The notes under the pieces: model-generated | What the model was told of the DNA's origin: nothing | Databases searched by the model: none | What the model saw: only the letters and a program-made list of their open reading frames with translations | Assembly: GCA_964016885.1 (NCBI GenBank) | Contig: OZ024744.1 | Coordinates: 54,994,001-55,058,000, forward strand | From: Eledone cirrhosa | Lineage: Eukaryota | Direction: 5' to 3' | DNA: 64,000 bases | Position numbers and translations under genes: made by a program | Shown: positions 1-14,360 of the stretch, piece by piece | Numbering within the stretch: the stretch's first letter is position 1 | How the letters are laid out: the number at the start of each line of letters is the position of its first letter

Positions 1-658
1 AGTTACACTTCCGGGTGCTATTGATCGGCTGAAGTAGTGATGCATCACTCATAGGGTCACTATGAGATAAGGTCTGCTCAGGTGGTAAGGCATTTATGGA
101 TCTATCCAGACTAGTAGTACGCAGAGAGGAGTAGCCGTCCCTAATTTTCCTATTGTTAGTGCTAGCAAAATGAGAACTAATATTAGGGGTGGTAGAGAAT
201 GAAAGTTCAATTACATTTTTATTAAAAATACCATGGTATTTATTAGTAGGAGGGAAATTTTTCTCTAAGATAGAAAAGAAAGACCTAGGGATGTTAGTTA
301 ATACTTCCTGATTATATGGCGGGTTAAAATAAGTATTTAGTCTCCTTCTATTTCTATCCTTACCAACTCTACCGTTATCTAATATCCCATTATTAAGATC
401 TGGGTTACTACGAGGACTAGTTAAAATCATATTATTAGAATCAGCCGAAACCCCATTGAGTCTCTTTCTGTTTCTACCTTTAGTACATCTACTGCTATCT
501 GGAAACATATCAAAAGGATTAGGGCTAATAATAGGATCAGTAGAAACAACACTATTAGAATTAGATTTAGCAAGAGCATTACCACTGAGTGAGCGCTCAG
601 AGCGCCCAACTTGATCCCTAGAACTATTAGATTCCCTATTACGAATCTGGTGGCTTAA
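1..658 (-). mobile_element. Penelope-like element ORF fragment (RT-to-endonuclease linker), runs off the window start
   Basis: Manual minus-strand translation is open from ~658 to position 1: ...KDRNRRRLNTYFNPPYNQEVLTNIPRSFFSILEKNFPPTNKYHGIFNKNVIELSFSTTPN...RKCN, matching the PLE FNPP...K.FP...LH.IFN.N...SYS.PN linker that precedes GIY-YIG. Absent from the ORF track because it has no stop in the window. Confidence 0.8.
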
Positions 659-661
659 CTT

Positions 662-1739
662 ATGAATTTGCATGGGTTTGGACGGGAGTTTTCCCACTTG
701 AGGCAAGAGTGGTTGTCTTGCTCGCATAAAACTGTCTGGCGGGTTTTCTACGGCTGGATGCCCTTCCTAACACCAACCACGTTTACAGTGTGGACTAGGA
801 GGTTTTTACCGTGTTACCTACACGGCCACATTACAGCGTGGACTGTGTGTTGTTTTTTTGTCGTGACACCTACACGACCTCATTTGTTTCGGACTGGATG
901 TTGTGGTACCAACATAACTTTACATTGAAAGGAGTGGTGTGGATGGGGTGGGGGTAGTGGAACGGGGGTGTATTTTTGTTAGAGGTGCCTACTGACTGTA
1001 GTAGGTTTCACTTTGTACTTAGGTAAGGCGGGTCGTCTGTATTACTGTGTAGTGCCAAAGATCTCGGTCCAGTGACATTGTCTTGGAGAGGTGTAAGTGT
1101 GTGAGGTCGGAATTTATCAAGTCGTCCCAGGTTTTTCTGTGTCTGCCTACTCCGTGGCTACCGTCTATTTTTATTGCCCTGCACTTTTTTATACAGCTGT
1201 CGTCTTTCATGCGCATCACGTGACCATGCCATCGTAGTCTTCTCTCGAGTAAACAACATCTGATCCCTCTTATTTCTAATTTTTCCCTTAGTTCGTTTAT
1301 GCTTTGCCGTTCACGTATATTACTATTACACATCCAGCGGAGCATGCAAGCTTCGTTCCTCTCCAGTCTGCGTATATCCTCTGTACACAATGCCCAGGTC
1401 TCACTGCCATGTAACATTGCTGTTCGTATGCAGGCATCACACAGCCTGCCTTTCCTCTTTAGAGAGAACCCTTTAGCGGCTAATAGTGGTATAAGCTCTC
1501 TGAACTTTTTCCATCCAGTTCTGACTCTAGCTACAGTACTTTCAGAGGACCCTCCCCCACTGCTGATTTTGTCACCCAGGTAACGGAAGGTGTCCACTAT
1601 TTCTATAGAACCATCTGTGCAATGGAATGAGCACATTCTGTGGGCACTTGCTGCTACTTATTGCACCAGAGCACCGGCCACATATAAAATCTATATTCTT
1701 AGTTAGCTTACCTGTGATCCCACTACATCTTTTATGCAC

Positions 1740-1742
<3 letters not shown>
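662..1742 (-). mobile_element. RTE-clade LINE, 5'-truncated (RT C-terminus + 3' UTR)
   Basis: ORF 1019..1636 (FRYLG...AMLHGSETW...MLRWMC...RRLRWHGHVMRM...GRHRKTW) is a typical RTE C-terminus; frameshifted upstream part reads VHKRCSGITGKL...FICGRC. Confidence 0.9.
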
Positions 1743-1813
<71 letters not shown>

Positions 1814-1827
1814 AATAAATAAATATA

Positions 1828-2385
1828 TATCATCATCATCGTTTAACGTCCATCTTCCACGCTTGCATGGGTATGGACAGGAGTTTTCCCACTTGAGGCA
1901 AGATTGTTGTCCTGCTCGTATAGGACTGTCTGGCGGGTTTTCTACGGCTGGATGCCCTTCCTAACACCAACCACATTTACAGTGTGGACTGGGAGGCTTT
2001 TGCCGTCTTACTTACACGGCCACATTACAGTGTGGATTGTGTTTTTTTTTTTTTTGTCGTGACACCTACACGACCTCATTTGTTTCGAACTGGATGTTGT
2101 GGTACCAACATAACTTTACATCGAAAGGGGTGGTGTGGATGGGGTGGGGGTAGTGGGACGGGGGTGTATTTTTGTTAGAGGTGCCTACTGACTGTAGGTT
2201 TCGCTTTGTACTTAGGCAAGGCGGGTCTTCTGTATTACTGTGTAGCGCCAAAGATCTCGGTCCAGTGACATTGTCTTGGAGAGGTGTAAGTGTGTGAGGT
2301 CGGAATTTATCAAGTCGTCCCAGGTTTTTCTGTGTCTGCCTACTCCGTGGCTACCGTCTATTTTTATCGCCCTGCACTTTTTTAT
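1828..2385 (-). mobile_element. Second, shorter copy of the same RTE 3' end with (GAT)n tail
   Basis: Near-identical to 670-1190; (CAT)n at 1828-1840 on + strand is the element tail. Confidence 0.88.
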
Positions 2386-2431
2386 ATATTAAATAAATAA
2401 ATAAATTTATATATATATATATATGTATATA

Positions 2432-2537
<106 letters not shown>

Positions 2538-2603
2538 GAAGAGAGAAGAAACATTTAGATATAATTAGTAATAAAATGTATCATACCTAAACTGCTCCTA
2601 GAT

Positions 2604-2693
2604 TCCTCGACTACGTAGTTTCGTGGCATAAACAAAAACAATACATCATAAAGATATAGAGTCCTTGCGAGGTCTGCCAACTTATCAAGAGGA
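2604..2693 (-). ncRNA. Type I hammerhead ribozyme, U3-A8 core variant, in a probable PLE-terminus insert (~2536-2870)
   Basis: Minus strand: TCCTC-TTGATAA-GTTGGCA...TGCCAC-GAAAC-TACGTA-GTC-GAGGA; stem I TCCTC/GAGGA, palindromic stem III ACTACGTAGT, GUC cleavage triplet. Confidence 0.75.
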
Positions 2694-3131
2694 TACCTCA
2701 TTTTACTAGCCTCAAGAACGCGTCTACACGACGTGAGAAAGAATCCCAAAAGGCGGAGGGGGAGATAGTCACGCGATATAACGGTCGAGAAACAGAGCTA
2801 AGCCTCTTATAACCCCGAAAAAAATACCACGGAGGCGGAGGGGGTATTTATATCCCCCTCCGTGGATGACCCATCTAACTCATGTAAGCATGGAAAAATG
2901 GTTGCTAAACGGTGATGATGATGATGATGGTTATGATGGTGATGATGGTGATGATGGTGATGATGATGGTGGTGGTGGTGGTGGGGTGGTGGTGGTTTTG
3001 GTGGTGGTGATGATGATGATGATGATGATGTATATCCACACAAGCTTTACAAACTATGTCTAACTATTTAACATCCCCCTGCTTACAAGTTGTCAAAATA
3101 TTCCTTACAAACACCTGTTCTTTAACTCAAC

Positions 3132-3227
<96 letters not shown>

Positions 3228-3847
3228 TTCCAGAAAAAAACTCTCAAAACATTATTCACCACTCCTCTATACATCATGAAAATTCTTCATCTATTTATTT
3301 TGCTTTATTTCTCAAGGCAACAAGGCAGCAAAAAATATATTTAAACCCATATTTGGGTACTTTCAAGATATTTCCATGCTTAGTCACTGACACAAGGAAT
3401 CTTTTGAATGTCATATATATAGGAACTTTTATCTTAATATATATCTCATTTCATCTCTATTTACATTTTTTATTTTCATTTTCTCTTTTTTTCCTTTTTC
3501 TTTCTTCTTTTTTTTTTCTTCTTTTTTTTTTCTTCTTTTTTTTTTCTTCAACATCTTGGCTGATGGTTGGTGTAAAATATTACTAAATAATACTATCTAT
3601 TTAACCTGTAAATTCTAATTTAAACTCCACCAACCCGCAAAAAAAGTGTGATTTAGGTTGGGGGGTGGGGGCGGTTTTCAATACTTTTTTTATTTAAAAG
3701 GAATAAACCAAAAAAAAGTCTCATTTAGAATTTCATGTTCTGAAAATGATGAAAATTATTATTTTAGGAAGTTGGTTTTCTGGGTGTTTTTTTTTTTATT
3801 CCTTAAAAAGTTAGCTTTGATTTTGAAGTTGTTGTAGTTTATATATA

Positions 3848-5977
<2,130 letters not shown>

Positions 5978-5981
<4 letters not shown>

Positions 5982-6300
5982 TTAGTGGTTAGAGCATTGG
6001 CCTTGCAATTGAAAGGTTGTGAGTTCAATTCTCAGACTCAGCTGTAGAAATGAGATGATAGGGACTGGGGTCCCTATCATTCCACTGGAAAGTGGTCGTG
6101 GAGATGCCACGGCAAAAAATCACCCAGCCCACACTGCAAAGTGGACGTGTAGGTGCCACGGAAAAAAGCACCCACCACTCACTGTAAATGAGGTTGGTGT
6201 TAGGAAGGGGATCCAGCTGTAGAAATCAAGCCAGAATCAGTTCCCGTCCCACTCTTGCAAGCAGGGAATAGCGGATGTAAAATGAAATGATGATGAAATG
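5978..6300 (+). mobile_element. tRNA-derived SINE with RTE-like 3' tail
   Basis: A-box TGGCTTAGTGG, B-box GAGTTCAATTC; 3' part (TGGTGTTAGGAAGGG.ATCCAGC.GTAGAAA...CTTGCAAGCA...(GAT)n) is shared with the RTE 3' ends in this window. Confidence 0.75.
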
Positions 6301-6317
6301 ATATATATATATATATA

Positions 6318-6760
6318 AATAAAAAAGGAAAGGTCGCTCTACATGACTGAATTCAATAAATGTAATCTGAATTTTTCGAATATTAATAACATTCGATTCG
6401 TTTGCAATTATGCAAACAAGCCTCAATTTTATAACCATGTCAGTAGAATGAACACTTCATTCTTGCTCTTATGTTGGCATGCGAAGAGAACTGCAGACAC
6501 TAATGTTTCTGGGTATCACCCTTCATCAGTACAGCTCACTGTTCACCTGCCAAACTGTCAGAGCTAGTGAAAATATATGCTATTTTCAAAAATACACAGT
6601 GACTGATTGGTCTGTTCGCATGCCAACATAAAAGCAAGAATGAAGTGTTCATTCAACTGACATGGCTATAAAATTGAGGCTTGTTTGCATAATTGCAAAC
6701 GAATCGAATGTTATTATTAATATTCGAAAAACTCAGATTACATTTATTATAAATATATAA
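6318..6760. repeat. Inverted repeat insert in (TA)n, PLE-terminus-like
   Basis: 6345-6486 is inverted at 6615-6750; contains a hammerhead motif. Confidence 0.8.
6491..6534 (-). ncRNA. Type I hammerhead ribozyme
   Basis: CTGTA-CTGATGA-AGGG-TGATA-CCCA-GAAAC-ATTAGT-GTC-TGCAG; stems I-III pair. Confidence 0.75.
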
Positions 6761-7269
6761 ACAAATAGTAGAAAGGAAAAAGATTTTTTCAGTAGAAAAT
6801 GCTGAAGAGATTCTTTCAGTATAATATGAAAACATTTATTTATTTATAAAGTGGATATTTCCGCATTTAATAATACCAGTTTCAGCATTATATGCTTTTT
6901 CAACTGAGGATATGCATAATGTAGTTATGTTGCATATTTATATGAATAATAAAAAGGGAAGAAAAATTATTAGTTTTTACATACATATTTAGAGAGGAAA
7001 GTTCATATCTCTATCCGTGTTTGTCATTCGTTCTCTGTTAGTTGGCTGTCAGGAATGAGCAGAGCGTTTCCTTTTTGTTCCCATTATCATCAAGATCTGG
7101 GATGTCTTCTGTCCTGTTGACTACTATTTCCCTAGGCTATATCAAAATGAGGGCATTACATGAGAAGAAGGAACCAGCTCCTGGAGGTGGAATGGCTGAT
7201 GCAGCAGGTATCACTGGCTGTTTGTGGTGAGCAGCAGCTGAGATATACTATCAATGGGGTTTTTCGCCT

Positions 7270-7640
7270 CTCTTCTTCTTCTCCTCCTTCTTCTTCTTCT
7301 TGAGAGGGTCGTAGGGGGGTAGAGTCCTCAAACACTCCTTCCAGCAGGTCCTGTCAGAAGCAACTATCTCCAACTGATCTAGTTACATCCCCAAATGGCA
7401 CCAGCCAAGTTCATGGATGTTATCCAACCATCTTGCTCGTGGTCTGCCCCTTGGTCTCTTGCCGGTTGGTTTTGCCCTTGAAAGTTATCCAACGATTCTT
7501 TCTTGTCACATTCTAACCACGTGCCCATAGTATCAGAGCTGTGATCTCTCAATTCGATGAAGTAGCAGCTTTACCTGGAATGACCCTTTGATCTTTGAGC
7601 TATGCACTTTAGTCATTACACAAGATTCATGACTAAGTTC
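7270..7640 (-). mobile_element. RTE (Expander/Rex3-like) LINE 3' fragment with (GAA)n tail
   Basis: Minus-strand translation KPTGKRPRGRPRARWLDNI...SDRTCWK; decayed. Confidence 0.7.
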
Positions 7641-8119
7641 TCTCTCTTTTTAAATTTGTTTTTTATTTTTTTTTATTTTCCTTTTGGTCGCTTTTGTAAA
7701 TTTTTAATAGATCGAGTGACCATTTGGTTTTCAAGACTAGCCCATCCAATGTCAATAATGTTGATGTTAACCAATCGCAACTCAGCATAGTCTGAGGCAC
7801 AAAATTAACTGATTGGTCTTAAGTTTAACACTTCAGTCAAAGGCTGCAGGGATTTGAGGAATGAATTTTAGAATAAAATTTCTAATGAATTTCTGAACCT
7901 AATTTTTCAACCCCTAAAGTATACATAGTAATGGATTTTTCCAGATGTCAGAGAGCATTTAGTATTTAAATAAGTCCATGTCACTTTCTACTCACATTGT
8001 AAATTTTTTGTTCTTACCGTTCAGATATTGAAACCATATTATACATAATATGTATAATCTCTTTGTAAACATTTTGACTTTACAAAACAAAATAAATTTG
8101 AATATTTTTATATCCATAC

Positions 8120-8500
8120 CATCATCATCATCATCATCATTTGACATCCATTTTCTCTGCTAGCAAGGAATGGACAGGTCATTACAGACCAAGTCAGTAC
8201 TGAAGCAGAGCTATTAACTTCATGGATAGGCTGAGAGCCTGCATTATGGTTATATATATTCCCAAACTCTAGTCAGTATGCAGATAGGCCAGAGGCCCAC
8301 ATCTCATATTCATACATTCTTGCATTCCACTGAATGCATTTTAACGTGGCACCAGAACTAAGGAGGTTACCATGCCTTTGACAGGTTTTTTTAATGGTTT
8401 CATGCTTTTCCTAACACCAACCACTTTATATAGTATGCTGTGTAGATCAACACCAGGGAAGTTGTCACATCTTTGAGATAAGAGAAGTGTCTTCCCATTT
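8120..8500 (-). mobile_element. Decayed RTE-family 3' UTR
   Basis: (CAT)n + TTTGACATCCATTTT..TGCTAGCAAGG and TTCCTAACACCAACCACTTTA motifs shared with other RTE 3' ends. Confidence 0.55.
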
Positions 8501-8569
8501 TCACAAGCACATTTTTATGTCTATACGACATTTTATAACTACCACTTTTAATGTTTATTATAAATTAAG

Positions 8570-8670
8570 ACGAGGTTAACTTTGCCTTTCATCCTTACGG
8601 GGTCGATAAAATAAAGTACCAGTAATACACTGGGATAATTGCTGGCCTTGTGCCAAAAGTAGAAACAATT
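8570..8670 (+). mobile_element. Nin/Deu-domain SINE fragment
   Basis: TTGCCTTTCATCCTTACGGGGTCGATAAAATAAAGTACCAG core, recurring at ~16615, 18880, 19220 and 21550. Confidence 0.7.
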
Positions 8671-8684
8671 ATAAATTAAGACAT

Positions 8685-8965
8685 GGAGGCACATGGCCTA
8701 GTGGTAAGGGTGTTGGACTTACGATCATACTGTCATGGGTTCGATTCCTGGACTGGTTGTGTATTGTATTCTTGAGCAAAACACTTCATTTCACATTGAT
8801 CCAGTCTACTCAGCTGAAAATGAGTACCAGCAATAGCTGGGGGTTAACCCAGCGATGGACTGGAGTCTTGTCCAGGGGGAAGTTGTGTATTCTCAGTTGC
8901 TTCAAGCCACGGAAACCAGGATAAGTACTGGCCTGATAAGCCTATGGGCTCATGACAGACTCTAG
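8685..8965 (+). mobile_element. tRNA-derived SINE
   Basis: A-box TGGCCTAGTGG, B-box GGTTCGATTCC, conserved body TTGAGCAAAACAC...CCAGTCTACTCAGCTGAAAATGAGTACC. Confidence 0.75.
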
Positions 8966-9599
8966 ATAAATTAAGACATTAAAATTTAGTGTATTGAACT
9001 CTGGAACTTTCTAAATATAATTCTAAAACTATGTGATATGTAAATAAAAGGAAATATTGTATACAGCATCGTACTTGTTGTTATCTATATACAGACTTTA
9101 ACATACTAATTTCCTTAAAAGTCAACATGAAAGAATGAGACTGTTCTCTGTAGAGTATATGTATGTGTGTGTGTGCGTATATATATAAATGGATATATAA
9201 TGTATATATATACATAATGTATATATATATATACATATGTATATATATATAAAATGACACTTGCCTCTTTAGATATTTCTACCAAACTTTTACTACAGTA
9301 TATATACACTTTATATATATATATATATATATCCCCACGCACACATATATATATATATAAACACACACACATGCATGAGAGCACACATGTGAGGGGGGTG
9401 AATTTGTTGAGAACAGTTGGTACTTCTCACTGGTAATGAATTCTTCAAATTTCAATGAAAAATGCTTTTTCTGTTCTAAACCAATGTGGCCAATTTAACT
9501 TATAACTACTTCACCCACATTCTGTTGATACTGCTGCTACTGCTACTGCTGCAGTTGCTACTACCACCACCACCACCAAAGAAAAAATTCCCCAATAAG

Positions 9600-10035
9600 G
9601 GGAGCCTCGTGAAAGAAAAAAAAACACCCTAACCACTAAGGTCTCTTCCTCTAATCTACGGATGCAATCTCAGAGAAGGCTTGTTCCCTCGGACCATACT
9701 CACCATTATTATCCCCCCCTCAACAAATTTACTGGAAGGTAACACCTCCAGCAAGGGTTTGACCAGAGGGCACAGTGTCTGTCTTTAACCCTTTCAGTCT
9801 CATCCACCACACAACTTCTTTCACTATGGCCACTATTCAGATAGAACATGTCTACTCTCCTTAACCAAAGTAAGGTGGCACGATTATCTTTACAATAGAC
9901 TCAGCTGATAACTGTATTCGTCCTTTATGTGATGGCAGAGGTTTGACATAATTCCACAAGTTAACAATCCTCAGGCACTAGACGAGAGCATGTAGGTTGG
10001 TTTTGTCACCATTCACACATCTCGGACTCTTCTGT
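9600..10035 (-). mobile_element. Decayed L1/Tx1-type ORF2 C-terminal fragment
   Basis: Minus strand SPRCVNGDKTNLHALV*C (degenerate CCHC knuckle) followed by GRIQLSAESIVKI...VAIVKEVVWW.RLKGL. Confidence 0.5.
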
Positions 10036-10279
10036 ATCCATAGTGTGTATTTGAAAGTGGCAAAGCAAAAGATAAAAAGTGACATAAAAACATTGTGTAA
10101 AAATCTTAGCATGATTGGTTGTTGGCACAGATATACATAGGAGAAAAGCAAGGAAGGAGATAAAAAGGAGTTGGACAGAAAATATCAGCTCAGTGAACTA
10201 GGCATATAGAATTGGTAAGATAGAGAATAAGAGTAAAGAGTGTAAAACTCCAAATATATATACACAAAAATATTCCAAT

Positions 10280-10550
10280 TCTTACAGATGAGGCTATTTG
10301 AAATCAATTAAAAGAAGATTATTTAAAAGCCTAATGGATGACAGTGTTAAAAATGTAGCACATGATCCACATGAAGCTTTGACTTTCTGGAACAACTTAT
10401 GGGGAATACATCAGAACCACATTGTAAACACTAAGTGGATCAGAGATATCTAAAGACAACTAAAAAATGTATCCAAACTGAAGCTAATTACTGTCAGTAG
10501 TGACAACATCAATACACAGGCTAAAAGATTGCCAAACTGGAAGGCCCCTA
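10280..10550 (+). mobile_element. Decayed R4-clade fragment (region upstream of RT)
   Basis: Translation ...TFWNNLWG...NTKWIRDI...AKRLPNWKAP with stops; compare SVWE...NWLK...NRKSPGPD at 63.8-64 kb. Confidence 0.6.
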
Positions 10551-11224
10551 TAATATGCACTCATATAATGGGTTCCTAGGTAATAACAACATCAATATAA
10601 TTAATACTGAGGAAGGTGAGGATGGGGTATAAGTTGGGGAAACATTGCATCTAACCCATCTTTAAACAATTTGTTGTTTACAGACAATTTGAAACTTGTT
10701 GTGAAATCTGAAACACAACTAGAGTCACGAGTACAGACAGTTTGAAGGTGTATCCATGACCTAGGAATGGAATTTGGCATTACAAACTGTGAAAAGGGGG
10801 AAAAAGTCCCACATAACTCTGCATTAAATTACCATCCGAGTGACCCAAATGAGAATGATTATAAATATGTATTCTAGGAATCATAGAGATTGATGAGATA
10901 TTTCATGGACCAATGAAAAGCAATGTTAAAAGAAAACAAAAACATATCTACATAGGCTAAAACTTTGTCTGAAGTCCAAACTGCTTGCATGAAACTTGAT
11001 TCTTGCTGTAAACACTTTAGTTGTATCTGTGATATGATACTGTGCTGGGTTCCTCTCGTGAGGTTGATGAGATAGATTGCAGAACAAGAAAAATGATGAC
11101 CATGCACAAGGCATTACTTCCATAGGCAAGAGTAAATTAGCTGTACATGGAACACATTTGAAGAACAGGGTCCGATAAGTGTTTCTGAATGTGTCAAAAA
11201 TAAGAAGTAAGCCATTATTTACAG

Positions 11225-11715
11225 AAAATTTATAGAACATGTCTGTTTCTATTCTTCTGATGGTTTTGAAATTGTGATATCTAAAAAGACTAGGTTCCTT
11301 GGTATTAAACTCCATTGTGAATTGATGTTGCTGTGAAAGTTATTTATTATATTTTAGAATTCTGTGAATGTATCAAGGTTTTCCTGTCATAAGATAAAAC
11401 AATCATCCAGGTACTTTTTCCAGTTGTTTTTAGTTGTGTGTGAAACGTGTCTCTAAATAGTAATAGAGGCTGGCTGTAAATATTTTGTTCATGGAATCCC
11501 ATCACTAAATTGGTGTATGTAGGGGTTACATTCGTACCCACTGTGGTTCCTGATATTTGTCAGTATTCACATCAATTCACAATGGAGTTTTATACCAAGG
11601 AACCTAGTCTTTTTAGATATCACAATTTCAAAACCATCAGAAGAATAGAAACAGACCTTTTCTATAAACCTACGGACTCCTAACAGTACCATCTATTTAC
11701 ATCAAGTCATCCAAA
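11225..11715 (-). mobile_element. Decayed PLE RT fragment with local inversion
   Basis: GTTVGTNVTPTYTNLVMGF and TMEFNTKE..FLDITI..IETD.FYK motifs; 11240-11325 is inverted at 11575-11660. Confidence 0.7.
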
Positions 11716-12184
11716 AACACAAAATTGTTTTGCAATATGAATTTGTGTTCATTGATGATGAAATCTTTTTTTATGTATGTCGGTAATTCAGATTAATGTA
11801 TGTCTAGCCAATATATTGATATTTGACAACATCAAAGGAAACAAAAATTGTGTATTTATTCACTTACTGTTTTGAGGAGATGGTTCAGTATGTCATGTCT
11901 AGGTCATCTCGTATGTAGCTCCACATTTATATATAAGACTCTGAGACACCCACGTATCGACACACACACAGACTGAAGCCATGCACATCTACCAATTTCT
12001 CCCCTTCGGCACACCCACATAACCACACTCATTACACCCTTTTAACCTCTACATTGACATCTCCCAGGCCGGACATTTCACCTACCTCCCCATACCTATC
12101 ATTTTCCCTCAATCCCCTTTTCCTAACTTCCTTTCCTTTCACACACTAATTCCATATATCTACCTGTTCTCTCCTTAGCCAAAC

Positions 12185-12219
12185 TTTCCTGACGAAGGAT
12201 TTCTGTCCGAAACGTTGAA
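12185..12219 (+). ncRNA. Minimal type I hammerhead ribozyme in PLE pLTR remnant (~11935-12300)
   Basis: TTTC-CTGACGA-AGGA-TTTCTG-TCC-GAAAC-GTT-GAA; palindromic ACGT stem III; C-rich flank like the PLE 3' end at 45.2 kb. Confidence 0.75.
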
Positions 12220-12454
12220 CCTACCTCCATTCTTCTAAGCGTGAACCTAATATAACTGCGTATTTTTGCATCCCAGTGTTTGTTTTATTTTCTTTATTAA
12301 CTATATATATATATACACACACACATACATTTATACACTCATACACACACAGACGCATACACACATACATGTATATATATATATATATATAACTGCCACT
12401 ACAGGAATTGAAGATTCAAGTACCTTAGCGGTATGTCACATATCCAATCTCTTA

Positions 12455-12521
12455 TATATTTTATCTGATGAAAACGTACTGAAACACCATTGTACCTTTG
12501 AAATATGTATAATAAAATATA
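12455..12521 (+). ncRNA. Type I hammerhead ribozyme in (TA)n-flanked insert (~12390-12665)
   Basis: Stem I TATATTTTAT/ATAAAATATA (10 bp), CTGATGA, stem II AAAcGTAC/GTACcTTT, GAAAT-ATGT-ATA. Confidence 0.75.
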
Positions 12522-12837
12522 TACTTTGGTTATGATAATATTTCTCATTTATTAATATTTTGAATAATATTATAGATACTCCAGATAAATATCTGTTGAG
12601 TGCTTCTAATCTATTGTAAAACTGAATTCGTTGAATAATCAACGAACCATATAAACTTTTAGTTATATATATATATATATATATTAGGTGGAGATTTGAC
12701 GAGGAGCTTGATGTGTAAATTATCGGCTGAACTAAAGTGTCATTTAAAGAATAACCATAACAAATTGAACTGTGAAGACAGTTGAAACGTCATACATCAA
12801 TGTACGACAGGAGAATCCGTCATTTATACGCTGACGC

Positions 12838-13330
12838 ATGTGTGTGTGTGTGTGCGTGTGTGCGTGTGTGCGTGTGTGCGTGTGTGCACTCGTGTGTGTG
12901 TGTGTCTGCGTGTGTGCACTCGTGTATGTGTGTGTCTGCGTGTGTGCACTCGTGTGTGTGTGCACTCGTGTGTGTGTGTGCACTCGTGTGTGTGTGCACT
13001 CGTGTGTGTGTGCACTCGTGTGTGTGTGCACTCTTGTGTGTGTGCACTCGTGTGTGTGTGTGTCTGCGTGTGTGCACTCGTGTGTGTGTGCACTCGTGTG
13101 TGTGTGCACTCGTGTGTGTGTGCACTCGTGTGTGTGTGCACTCTTGTGTGTGTGCACTCGTGTGTGTGTGTGTCTGCGTGTGTGCACTCGTGTGTGTGTG
13201 CACTCGTGTGTGTGTGCACTCGCGTGTGTGTGCACTCTTGTGTGTGTGCACTCGTGTGTGTGTGTCTGCGTGTGTGCACTCGTGTATGTGTGTGTCTGCG
13301 TGTGTGCACTCGTGTATGTGTGTGTGTGTG
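12838..13330. repeat. Compound (GT)n minisatellite with GCACTC interruptions
   Basis: Repeating GTGTGTGCACTC(GT)n units; source of the spurious HT/CV ORFs. Confidence 0.95.
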
Positions 13331-13579
13331 TATATATATATATCAACATCAAAATAACAAACTCAAGCAAATATTGTCCATAAACCTACACTCAACCTCA
13401 CCTGCCAGATCTATCCCAAACACTAGTACCCCAAACCCCCAGCATAACAACAGCCGATATATATATTATCCTCCTCGTCATCATCATCATCGTCACATTT
13501 TACATCCTCTGTTCCATGCTCACGGAGGTTGGCTGGATCTTTTTCAGCACATCATCTCTCCACTCATCATTTTCCTTCA

Positions 13580-13679
<100 letters not shown>

Positions 13680-13855
13680 GCATATGAGTATAAATATGTA
13701 TATGCATGTGTACATATCATCATCATCATCATTATCATCATCATTTGACATCCATTTCACTACTAGCAAGGGTTGGATGGATCATCTCAGATCAGATCAT
13801 TTCATCTCATCTCAGTATTGAATCAGAAGCACAGATCTCTGAAATGAGCTGGGGT

Positions 13856-14360
13856 CTGCATCTCCACACACCTACAGGATGCATACATCTCCACACACCT
13901 ACAGGATGCATACATCTCCACACACCTACAGGATGCATACATCTCCACACACCTACAGGATGCATACATCTCCACACACCTACAGGATGCATACATCTCC
14001 ACACACCTACAGGATGCATACATCTCCACACACCTACAGGATGCATACATCTCCACACACCTACAGAATGCATACATCTCCACACACCTACAGGATGCAT
14101 ACATCTCCACACACCTACAGAATGCATACATCTCCACACACCTACAGGATGCATACATCTCCACACACCTACAGGATGCATACATCTCCACACACCTACA
14201 GAATGCATACATCTCCACACACCTACAGGATGCATACATCTCCACACACCTACAGAATGCATACATCTCCACACACCTACAGGATGCATACATCTCCACA
14301 CACCTACAGAATGCATACATCTCCACACACCTACAGGATGCATACATCTCCACACACCTA
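13856..14360. repeat. 27-bp minisatellite, ~18-19 copies
   Basis: Unit TGCATACATCTCCACACACCTACAG(G/A)A, embedded in an RTE-type 3' UTR remnant (~13730-14650). Confidence 0.95.

Noticed and set aside
5978-6060. tRNA gene candidates here and at 8690-8760
   Set aside because: A/B boxes continue into SINE bodies; no intact cloverleaf recognised.
7000-7255. Higher-GC unique stretch with a 62-aa ORF
   Set aside because: No recognisable domain or paired splice sites; unsupported.
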